Positions 56,828-64,000 of a stretch of 64,000 nucleotides of DNA are shown here, piece by piece. Under the pieces are notes generated by a model that was given only the letters and a program-made list of their open reading frames with translations, was not told where the DNA came from and did no database searches. Origin of the DNA: Desulforegulaceae bacterium (GTDB lineage: Bacteria; Desulfobacterota; Desulfobacteria; Desulfobacterales; JACKCP01); assembly GCA_034006035.1 (NCBI GenBank), contig JAVETN010000004.1, positions 128,827 to 192,826 of the forward strand, read 5' to 3'. The position numbers were made by a program, and so were the translations under genes. Each line of letters starts with the position of its first letter. Position 1 is the first letter of the stretch.

Positions 56828-57178
56828 TTATTTATCGTTGTCGTTCATGGGGAGATATTTAAATGCCAAGGCAAGTATTATAAAACAGCAAACTATTCCG
56901 CTTATAAAAACAGCCGTGAAACCAAAGTCGTCTGGTAATTCATGTTCCATGGCGGCAAGAAGGTGTTTTTGTCCCGAGTATGAACCTTCTATTTCAGTGT
57001 ACATATAAGCACCTGAGTCAATATTGTTTTCTTCTATTACCTTGGTGATATCATTGAATACAGGAATATGTTTTTCTCCCCAGGGTCCAACTACAAAAGC
57101 AAAGAGCCAAAGGAGGAAAAAGGTTGAAAATAGTATTTTCAAAGATTCCTTTAGTGGTTTTTTATCTTTTATTTCCAT
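56828..57178 (-). CDS. Small two-TM membrane protein, co-oriented 23 nt downstream of the YeiH-like gene
   Basis: RBS AAGGAGG. Hydrophobic segments ILFSTFFLLWLFAFVV and AVFISGIVCCFIILALAF. Confidence 0.5.
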   Translation of the reverse strand: MEIKDKKPLKESLKILFSTFFLLWLFAFVVGPWGEKHIPVFNDITKVIEENNIDSGAYMYTEIEGSYSGQKHLLAAMEHELPDDFGFTAVFISGIVCCFIILALAFKYLPMNDNDK

Positions 57179-57201
57179 AACTCCTCCTTTGTCATCTTCT
57201 A

Positions 57202-58983
57202 TTAGATTGCAGCTGTTATTTCAGGGAACACAATATAAAATACTAAGTACGCCATAATAAGTGTAAGTACAAGGTTGAAAGACTGTCCAAATACATAAAG
57301 GATAAGCGGTTTTCCACCTTTAAAATGATGCTTTAGTTCTCTGAAGTTTGTTGCAAGACCAATACTTACAAAAGAAAGAGCGAAAAACCATTTTCTTACA
57401 AGGTCACTTGCACCTTTAATAACACCCTGATCTATCATTGAAGGTCCAAGACCGCCCTGGGCAGCCTGGAAAGATGAATAGAAAAGAGAGAAAATAATTG
57501 ACGCTCCAATAAAGCCAATAACAAATTTTGGGAATCTGTACCAGATTTCCATGGGGCTTACTTTTTGTCCGGTTTCAGCTGCTTCAACTTTTGTTGTAAA
57601 ATAGATTGCAACAAAAAAGGCCATTACACCAATCATAACGTTTTGAATCATTTTGATTGTTGCTGCAACATATAGTGCTTTTTCACCAAGGAATGCTCCG
57701 GCAGCCGCAACAGCACCTGTTGAGTCAATTGTACCGCCCATCCATGCACCACCTAAAACAAGCTGTTTGTCTTCAGGGAAAAAAGCATGAATAATAGCAG
57801 GCATTACTATCATCATTATCGCTGTAAAAACAAGTGAAAGACCAACTGAAAGGGTAAGCTCTTCTTTTTTTGCCTTACAGGCAGCAGCTGTTGCAATGGC
57901 GGCAGAAACACCGCAAACTGACATGTCTGAACAAATTACCGCATTAAGTCTTTTTGAAGGTATTTTAATTATTTTCTGACCAAACCAATAGGTTACAATC
58001 CATACTGTAGGCGTTACAACCCAGGCTACAAAAATACCTGCGGTTCCTATTGTGATGATTTTTTCAAAAAGAATAGTTGCACCAAGAAGAACAAGACCTG
58101 TTTTAATATAGTATTCTGTCTGAACCGCCGGCATTGCCCATTTTGGAGTTCCTACTGTGTTACTTATAAGCATACCAAGAAAAATAGCCCAGGCTGCATA
58201 TCCAACTCCGTAATTCTTCATTGTAGCCTGGTGTGAGGCAAACCATGCTACCATGGTAATCAGATAAACAAAGGAAAAACCTATTAAAAATTCTTTAAAG
58301 GATTTCCCCATGAATTTCATTCCAATACCAAAAAATACAGCAAAAAACACACCAAGTGCAAGAAGATTGAAAATCTGATTGTATGGCTTGGCTGCCGATA
58401 CTTTTTTCTTTAAATTTCCTTCTCTGAGCTTAGTGTTTCTCCAGTCCATTATGGCTTCTTTTGCTTTTTCATTTAAAGCCTCATTCTGGAATCCTGCTTC
58501 TTGTGCGAGAAGTTCTGCTGTTTGTGCTTTTGCATAAGCTGCTGCAGTAGCAACTTTTGCAGTTTCGTATTTTCCAATTACTTTATCATATTTAACTTGA
58601 GCTTTTGCTTCAGTCATAAAAAGACTGTCAAGGGGGTTTGCTACCCATCCCTTTGGATAACTGGTAAATTTTGAAAACCATTTACCTATATTATTATCGT
58701 TGGCTTTTACTTTTGCTTTGGTATCATTTAGCTCATACCAGCCAATTGTTTTGAATTCATGAGTTTTTGTAGCTTCAGCACTATACTTTGCTTCAATTGC
58801 AGAAAGCTTTTGTTTTATTTCTCCTGTTCTTGGAAAGTAGGCGATCATTCCAACAATAAGAATAATAAATCCAAGCCAAATAGCCCACCAGTCCTCGGTT
58901 TTCCACATTTCCGACCATTCCCATTTGCCCACATCTTGTACAACATCAGAGTCTTGTACAATATCAGAAGCATTGTCAGACAT
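57202..58983 (-). CDS. YeiH/UPF0324 (putative sulfate exporter, PSE) family membrane protein with a ~155-aa insertion after TM1
   Basis: [24 protein letters not shown] matches the conserved YeiH-family motif. About 11 TM segments. RBS GGGAGGA. Confidence 0.65.
   Translation of the reverse strand: MSDNASDIVQDSDVVQDVGKWEWSEMWKTEDWWAIWLGFIILIVGMIAYFPRTGEIKQKLSAIEAKYSAEATKTHEFKTIGWYELNDTKAKVKANDNNIGKWFSKFTSYPKGWVANPLDSLFMTEAKAQVKYDKVIGKYETAKVATAAAYAKAQTAELLAQEAGFQNEALNEKAKEAIMDWRNTKLREGNLKKKVSAAKPYNQIFNLLALGVFFAVFFGIGMKFMGKSFKEFLIGFSFVYLITMVAWFASHQATMKNYGVGYAAWAIFLGMLISNTVGTPKWAMPAVQTEYYIKTGLVLLGATILFEKIITIGTAGIFVAWVVTPTVWIVTYWFGQKIIKIPSKRLNAVICSDMSVCGVSAAIATAAACKAKKEELTLSVGLSLVFTAIMMIVMPAIIHAFFPEDKQLVLGGAWMGGTIDSTGAVAAAGAFLGEKALYVAATIKMIQNVMIGVMAFFVAIYFTTKVEAAETGQKVSPMEIWYRFPKFVIGFIGASIIFSLFYSSFQAAQGGLGPSMIDQGVIKGASDLVRKWFFALSFVSIGLATNFRELKHHFKGGKPLILYVFGQSFNLVLTLIMAYLVFYIVFPEITAAI
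58934..58969 (-). repeat. Tandem 18-nt in-frame duplication at the 5' end of the YeiH-like gene
   Basis: The plus strand reads tcttgtacaacatcagag / tcttgtacaatatcagaa (16/18 identical), encoding [12 protein letters not shown]. Confidence 0.8.
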
Positions 58984-59046
58984 AAAAAAATCCTCCCGTT
59001 AAAATATTGTTTAAAAGTTTAATTTTAGTTCCTATCTCTAATGATT

Positions 59047-59062
59047 AGCAAAATGCATGCCT
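59047..59062 (-). promoter_or_regulatory. Sigma-54 (-24/-12) promoter for the YeiH-like gene
   Basis: The minus strand reads AGGCATGCATTTTGCT. GG and GC are at canonical spacing. It lies about 64 nt upstream of ATG 58983. Confidence 0.55.
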
Positions 59063-59123
59063 GAAAGTTATTTATTTTAAATGCTTGTAATTAATAGCTA
59101 AAATTTATTATAAATCATGAATG

Positions 59124-59141
59124 TGTAAACTTGAGTTTGCA
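59124..59141. promoter_or_regulatory. Imperfect palindrome, candidate binding site for the adjacent NtrC-type regulator
   Basis: tgtaaacttgagtttgca (14/18 symmetric), about 70 nt upstream of the -24/-12 element. Confidence 0.25.
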
Positions 59142-59416
59142 TAGGTGTAGATTTGGGTTAGCAGTGTTTTGTTTCTAATTGTTAAAATCTGAATTGAGGG
59201 TTTTATGTTTTTAAATTAAAAAGTTTATAATGAATTTAGTCTGTTATATTATATTCAAAAACATGGAACTCTTCAGGTTTTCTAAACTTATCGCAGCTAC
59301 TGAGTTAAGTGTATCAGGGATAGATCTACTATAGTCTGATGTAATTTGCTGTTATCTGCGGCAAACTTGAAAATCCTTTATTCAGGTAAAAACAAAACTT
59401 TAAGGTGTTTGAACTA

Positions 59417-61813
59417 ATGAAAATATTTGAGGGACTTAATTTAAGACTTAAATTTATTGTAGGTCTTGTAATGTCAGCTTTTGTTCTTGGGGTTTTTTTA
59501 TTTTTGATTATTTATTATCATTTTAATTCAGTTATGCAAAAAGAAATAAGTCAAAGGTCAAAAATGCTTTTGGTTCAGGCAAATTCTGTTCAGGAGTATG
59601 TTCAGGCTGACTTAAGGCCTCAAATGTATGAAATTGTTGGTGAAGATGATTTTATACTTAAGGCCATGTCTTCTTCCTATATTTCAAGAAGAGTAATGGA
59701 AAAGCTTGAAAGTGAAGGCAGGGAAAAAATTTATTATAGAAGGGTGGCAATCAATGCAAGAAACCCTTCATATGAGCCAACAGAGTTTGAAAAAAAAATT
59801 ATATTAAAGTTTAAGGAAAACCAGGAGCTTAATTTTTATGAGGAAGACTCGGTTTTTAAAGGAGTTAAGTATCATCTTGTTTCAAGACCTGTAAGATTTA
59901 CAAAATCATGTATGCCCTGTCATGGAAGTCCTGAAAATGCACCTAAGTCTTTAGTTGAAGTTTATGGAGACAAAAAAGGTTTTTTTCGCATAGAAAATGA
60001 AATTGCAGGTGCGGTTGTGGCTGGGTTTCCAGTTCAGATGATAAAAGATCCTGTAAAGGAGATAACCTTACAATATTTGAGTTTTTATGTTTTATGGCTT
60101 CTTATTTTTACATGTATCATAGGTGTTTTTTTTGACAGACTTGTAATGACAAACTTAAAAAAGCTTGGCCGTGTTTTTGAGGTGAGATTTTCCGGTGAAA
60201 AGGAAAAAAAGATAATTGAAAAAATAGCAAACAAAGATGAAATCGAAGGTCTTATTGAAGGAGTGGATGAACTTGCAGCAGTTCTTTTTGATGCGAACCG
60301 CAAACTTGAAATCCATAGCATAACCCTGGAAGAAAAAATAAGTGAAAGAACAAGAGAGCTTGAATTGGCTGCTAAAAAACATTTAAATGATCTTGGCCTT
60401 TTTTCAAAGCTTATTGGAAGGTTTACGGACACTTTTGACCCTGAAGTTTTAATAAGAGAAGCTCTTGAAAGCATAGGTTCAAGGTATAATGCCCGTCAGG
60501 TTATTTATTACTGCACTGTTCTTTCGGAAAAATATTATGCTTGGTATGAAAGTCTTAGTATTGAAAGTCTGGATTTAGAAATAAAAAATATTTTGTGGGA
60601 CGCTGAAGTATTTAAAAAGGGAAATAAGGTTTATATTCCCATTTCATCCCATGAAAGTCATTGGGGAATTTTATGCATTTGTTTTGAAGAAACTGCTGAA
60701 GAAGAATTTGATGAGGCAGTTCTTTTATCCCTTGGTCTTCAGCTTGGAACTTCTCTTGAAAATATTCACGCTGTTTCTGAAATGAAATATCAAAATGATC
60801 TTCTTGAATCTGTTTTTGAAGGAATTACCGACCCTTTAATTCTTGCAGACATGAATCTAAGGGTAATTTTTGGGAATAAGGGAAGTATGGCTCTTTTTGA
60901 AAAACATAAAGCAAAGGATTTTAGATCCCTTGTAAAAAACAGTTCAGGACTTTTGCAAACCATTAAAATTGGAAATGAGCCTGCTGTAACAGAAATAGAA
61001 ACAAAAAAAGGCAGATTTTTTAAAGTTTTTCTTTACCCCCTTCCAAAACATGAAAAACGGGATTTGAGGGTGGTTATCTATGCAAGAGATGTAACCAGAG
61101 AAAAAAAACTTCTTGAAGAAATCAGGCAGGCTGAAAGGCTTAGTTCCATTGGCAAAATGGCTGCGGGGATAGCCCATGAAATAAACAATCCCCTTGGAGT
61201 GATCAGGTGTTATGCTGATCTTTTGTCCGATTCACTGGAAACAAAGAAAAACATTTCCGATTTAAAAATTATAATAAACCAGACAAAAAAGGTTCAAAAA
61301 ATTGTTTTAAATCTTTTAAATTTTTCAAGGGCAAGGGATATTGCCAAGGGAAAGACTTCCCTTAATGAAGGAGTTTCTAAAGTTATAGAAGTTTTAAGTT
61401 TTCAGGCATCTCAAAAAAAAATCAATCTGAAATTTTTTCCGGAAAACAATATTTTACCTATCCAATGCATTCCTTCTGTTTTAGATCAAATAATCACCAA
61501 TATAGTGCTCAATGCAATTGATGCCTCAGGGGATAATGGAGGAAATGTGATCATAAGAACTTTTGGTCTTGAAAAAGAAGCACTCCTTGAAATAAGTGAT
61601 GATGGAGAGGGAATAAATCAGGAGCTAATTGAAAGTATTTTTGATCCTTTTTTTACAACAAAGGAAATTGGCAAGGGTACAGGACTTGGTCTTTCTGTGG
61701 TTTACGGATTTATGAGCGAACTTGGAGGAAGAATTGAAGCTTTTTCAGAAGGCAGGACAGTATTTAAACTTTATTTTCCTTATTTTGATGAGAAAGGAGA
61801 GTTAAATGCCTGA
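59417..61813 (+). CDS. Sensor histidine kinase with a periplasmic CxxCH (haem c) DUF3365-like sensor domain
   Basis: TM1, then about 180 aa containing SCMPCHGSPENAP, then TM2. Cytoplasmic coiled-coil and PAS/GAF-like region, H-box AAGIAHEINNPL, ATPase G-boxes DDGEGI and GKGTGLGL. I prefer the ATG at 59417 over the track's GTG at 59405. Confidence 0.85.
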   Translation: MKIFEGLNLRLKFIVGLVMSAFVLGVFLFLIIYYHFNSVMQKEISQRSKMLLVQANSVQEYVQADLRPQMYEIVGEDDFILKAMSSSYISRRVMEKLESEGREKIYYRRVAINARNPSYEPTEFEKKIILKFKENQELNFYEEDSVFKGVKYHLVSRPVRFTKSCMPCHGSPENAPKSLVEVYGDKKGFFRIENEIAGAVVAGFPVQMIKDPVKEITLQYLSFYVLWLLIFTCIIGVFFDRLVMTNLKKLGRVFEVRFSGEKEKKIIEKIANKDEIEGLIEGVDELAAVLFDANRKLEIHSITLEEKISERTRELELAAKKHLNDLGLFSKLIGRFTDTFDPEVLIREALESIGSRYNARQVIYYCTVLSEKYYAWYESLSIESLDLEIKNILWDAEVFKKGNKVYIPISSHESHWGILCICFEETAEEEFDEAVLLSLGLQLGTSLENIHAVSEMKYQNDLLESVFEGITDPLILADMNLRVIFGNKGSMALFEKHKAKDFRSLVKNSSGLLQTIKIGNEPAVTEIETKKGRFFKVFLYPLPKHEKRDLRVVIYARDVTREKKLLEEIRQAERLSSIGKMAAGIAHEINNPLGVIRCYADLLSDSLETKKNISDLKIIINQTKKVQKIVLNLLNFSRARDIAKGKTSLNEGVSKVIEVLSFQASQKKINLKFFPENNILPIQCIPSVLDQIITNIVLNAIDASGDNGGNVIIRTFGLEKEALLEISDDGEGINQELIESIFDPFFTTKEIGKGTGLGLSVVYGFMSELGGRIEAFSEGRTVFKLYFPYFDEKGELNA

Positions 61814-63206
61814 TTTGCCATTGATAGTTGCAGCAGATGATGATCCTGATTTTTTAAATGGAATTGTAAGAACTCTTGAATCAAAATTTAAGAACTTTCA
61901 AGTTATGGGTGCAAGTTCAGGGGCTGAAGTTTTAAAAATTACCAATTCAGGAGACGTTGGGGTTTTGATTTCGGATTTGAAAATGCCGGAAATGTCAGGA
62001 ATGGAGCTTCTAGAAAATGTTTTGGAAATTAATCCTGACACCTGTGTTATCATGCTTACAGGCTATGCTACTATTGAGTCAGCAGTGGAAGCTTTAAAAA
62101 AAGGGGCCTGGGATTTTATTCCAAAGCCTGTTGAAAGAGAACAGCTTTTTCATTCAGTGGAAAAGGCTTTTGAACATTATAGGCTTGCCTGCGAAAACAG
62201 GAAACTTAAAACCCTGGTGGATTTTTATGATGAAGATAAAAGCTTACCCTTTGTAAGTAATGCAATGAAGGCCCTTAGAGAAAAGGCAAAAGCTGTTGCT
62301 AAAGCAGAATATACTGTGCTTATCACAGGGGAATCAGGTAGTGGCAAGGAATATGTTGCAAGAGAAATCCATAGGATGTCTAAAAGAAGAGATCGTATTT
62401 TAAATTCAATAAATTGTACTGCAATTCCAGAACAGCTTTTGGAAAGTGAACTTTTCGGTCATCTAAAAGGGGCTTTTACAGGAGCTGAAAAAAACAGAAG
62501 AGGTATTTTTCAGGCATCTGAGAAAGGAGCCATAATTCTTGATGAAATTGGAGATATTTCCCTGTCAACCCAGGTTAAATTGTTGAAGTTTCTTCAGGAT
62601 AAAGAAGTTAAACCCCTGGGAAGCAGTGAGTCCAAAAAAGTTGATCTCAGAATTATTGCACTCACAAATCAAAATCTAGAAGAACTTATTCAAAAAGGTA
62701 AATTTAGAGAAGATCTTTATTATAGGCTCAATGTTTTATCTCTTGAAATTCCCCCATTAAGAAAAAGAAAGGAAGACATTCCTTTTCTTGCAAAAAAATT
62801 TCTTGACCAGACATCAAAAGAACTTGGAATGGAAAAAATCGAAATAGATCATGAAGCAATTAAGAAAATAACTTCAATGCCTTGGTTTGGGAATGTGCGG
62901 GAGTTGCAGAATTTCATGAGAAGACTTGTTGTATTTTCAGGAGGAGGCAAAGTAGACTTAAAGCTCATTGATATTGTTGAAGGAAATGACAATATCAATC
63001 TGGAAACAGAAGATAATGGAATTAAAAATTATAAAGAAGCAAAAAAAGAGGTTCTTGATTCATTTTCAAGGAAATATCTTACAAATCTTCTAGAAAAAAC
63101 ATCGGGAAATGTTTCCCATGTTTCAAGGCTGAGCGGACTTGAAAGAGTGTCTGTTCAGAAAATAATAAAAAGACTTGATATAGATGTGTCAAAATTCAGA
63201 CCTTGA
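61806..63206 (+). CDS. NtrC-family sigma-54-dependent response regulator
   Basis: Receiver ISDLKMPEMSG. AAA+ motifs GESGSGKE, GAFTGA, ESELFG. C-terminal HTH. Overlaps the kinase gene by 8 nt. RBS AAAGGAGAG. Confidence 0.9.
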   Translation: MPDLPLIVAADDDPDFLNGIVRTLESKFKNFQVMGASSGAEVLKITNSGDVGVLISDLKMPEMSGMELLENVLEINPDTCVIMLTGYATIESAVEALKKGAWDFIPKPVEREQLFHSVEKAFEHYRLACENRKLKTLVDFYDEDKSLPFVSNAMKALREKAKAVAKAEYTVLITGESGSGKEYVAREIHRMSKRRDRILNSINCTAIPEQLLESELFGHLKGAFTGAEKNRRGIFQASEKGAIILDEIGDISLSTQVKLLKFLQDKEVKPLGSSESKKVDLRIIALTNQNLEELIQKGKFREDLYYRLNVLSLEIPPLRKRKEDIPFLAKKFLDQTSKELGMEKIEIDHEAIKKITSMPWFGNVRELQNFMRRLVVFSGGGKVDLKLIDIVEGNDNINLETEDNGIKNYKEAKKEVLDSFSRKYLTNLLEKTSGNVSHVSRLSGLERVSVQKIIKRLDIDVSKFRP

Positions 63207-63243
63207 TTTAATTGTCAGGCTATTTTTAAAGGTTTGAAATAAA

Positions 63244-63272
63244 AAGCCGGCATTATTAGCCGGCTTAATTTT
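63244..63272 (+). terminator. Rho-independent terminator
   Basis: aagccggc / gccggctt 8-bp stem with a 7-nt loop, followed by aatttt. Confidence 0.6.
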
Positions 63273-63327
63273 AAAAGCTTTGTATTTTGTTTAATCTTTA
63301 TTTAGAAGAGACTAAGAGTTTTTAAAT

Positions 63328-63921
63328 TTACAATTCATTTAAATAAAAGTTAAAGTCGTTTTTTTCCTCCAGACAAAGATAGTCTTTGGTCTGTTTTTGG
63401 GAGCTGTGATTAAATGCTTTTACAAGTTTGGAAATATCTGTTCCATAGGTATGGTATTGATGATATCCCCAGGTTTTTCTTAGAGTGTGGGAACCGTAAT
63501 TTCCGGTTAAGCCTATGGCATCACACCACTTGTTTACAAGTCTATGAAGGGAGGGTACAATTAATTTGCCCCTTTGGGATTTGAAGAGATAATCATCATC
63601 TTCATATTTTTCTGATTTAAGCAGACCTTTTATAGATCTGTATGAAATTCGGTTTATGGTTATTTCTTTTGGTTTTTCAGATTCTTGATTTATTATAAAA
63701 ATTGAGTTTTCTTTAATATCTTTTACCTGATGAACCTTAAGATGCAAAAGTTCATTGGGCATAAGAGTTGTGTTGATTCCAAGGGTGAACAAAGTAGAGT
63801 TTCTCGGGTTGTCTATAAGGAGCTTTTTTATTTCCATTATTTCTTTGGTGCTTCTTATGGGTTCCGATTTTTGTGACTCTGACTGCTCGCCCTGTTCTGT
63901 GTTGTTTTCTTCTGCTGTCAT
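63328..63921 (-). CDS. Short tyrosine-recombinase-like protein (catalytic domain only)
   Basis: GSHTLRKTWG (HxLR box) and FNHSSQKQTKDYL (H...Y) resemble the C-terminal integrase motifs. RBS GGAGGG. Only 197 aa, with an acidic N-terminal tail. Confidence 0.6.
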   Translation of the reverse strand: MTAEENNTEQGEQSESQKSEPIRSTKEIMEIKKLLIDNPRNSTLFTLGINTTLMPNELLHLKVHQVKDIKENSIFIINQESEKPKEITINRISYRSIKGLLKSEKYEDDDYLFKSQRGKLIVPSLHRLVNKWCDAIGLTGNYGSHTLRKTWGYHQYHTYGTDISKLVKAFNHSSQKQTKDYLCLEEKNDFNFYLNEL

Positions 63922-64000
63922 AGACCCTCCAGATGTTAAGGTTGCTAAGTTTTACCAATAATAAGACTAAAACTTAGCTGAAAGCAAGTGAAAAATGATG

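Noticed and set aside
1-64000. CRISPR arrays, rRNA or tRNA genes, transposases, prophage or toxin-antitoxin cassettes
   Set aside because: Reading both strands by eye, I found no regularly spaced direct repeats, no rRNA or tRNA-like conserved cores and no transposase or phage structural motifs. A computational scan (tRNAscan, Infernal, minced, ISfinder) is still needed to be certain.

Overview
AT-rich bacterial chromosomal window (hand counts of single 60-nt lines give about 23-43% G+C over most of it). It carries about 55 protein genes. I saw no rRNA, tRNA or CRISPR array by eye. The gene content includes an Mla-like system, LolA, two sigma-54 enhancer-binding proteins, NifU/NifS, transcarboxylase-type carboxyltransferase genes and a CxxCH sensor kinase. 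This fits a Gram-negative anaerobe, possibly Desulfobacterota; the taxon is inference only. Layout: 1-3.8 kb holds a partial SpoIID/LytB gene and an MlaE / degenerate-ATPase / MlaD operon. 4.8-12.9 kb is a same-strand block of seven exported proteins, mostly lipoproteins: repeated LPP20-type modules, MltC-like, LpoB-like and a transglutaminase-fold protein. 13.0-19.6 kb is a minus-strand three-gene operon: an unknown 204-aa protein, an amino-acid permease fused to a PTS EIIA domain, and an unrecognisable 1342-aa multi-pass membrane protein. 19.7-32.4 kb is mostly housekeeping (sfsA, MltB-like, radA, rlmE, yebC-family, S8 protease, nadA, lolA-like, PPTase, crotonase) and includes a decayed, frameshifted HisJ-type PHP gene. 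32.4-41.9 kb is visibly more GC-rich, with wrbA, aldehyde dehydrogenase, a PAS/sigma-54 activator, a GltS-family transporter, an epoxide hydrolase and L-serine dehydratase. This block has two well-spaced -24/-12 promoters and TGCAC-type palindromes. 42-56.7 kb holds aroK, transcarboxylase genes, nifS-nifU, a Memo-family gene, an acyl-CoA dehydrogenase, a GGDEF protein, a Nudix hydrolase, a methyltransferase, an orphan solute-binding protein and a NYN/LOTUS protein. 56.8-63.2 kb holds a sigma-54-promoted YeiH-like transporter next to a haem-motif sensor kinase and an NtrC-type regulator. A short integrase-like gene sits at the right edge. The best candidates for uncharacterised systems are the lipoprotein block and the giant-membrane-protein operon. 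All functional calls rest on motif recognition without database searches.
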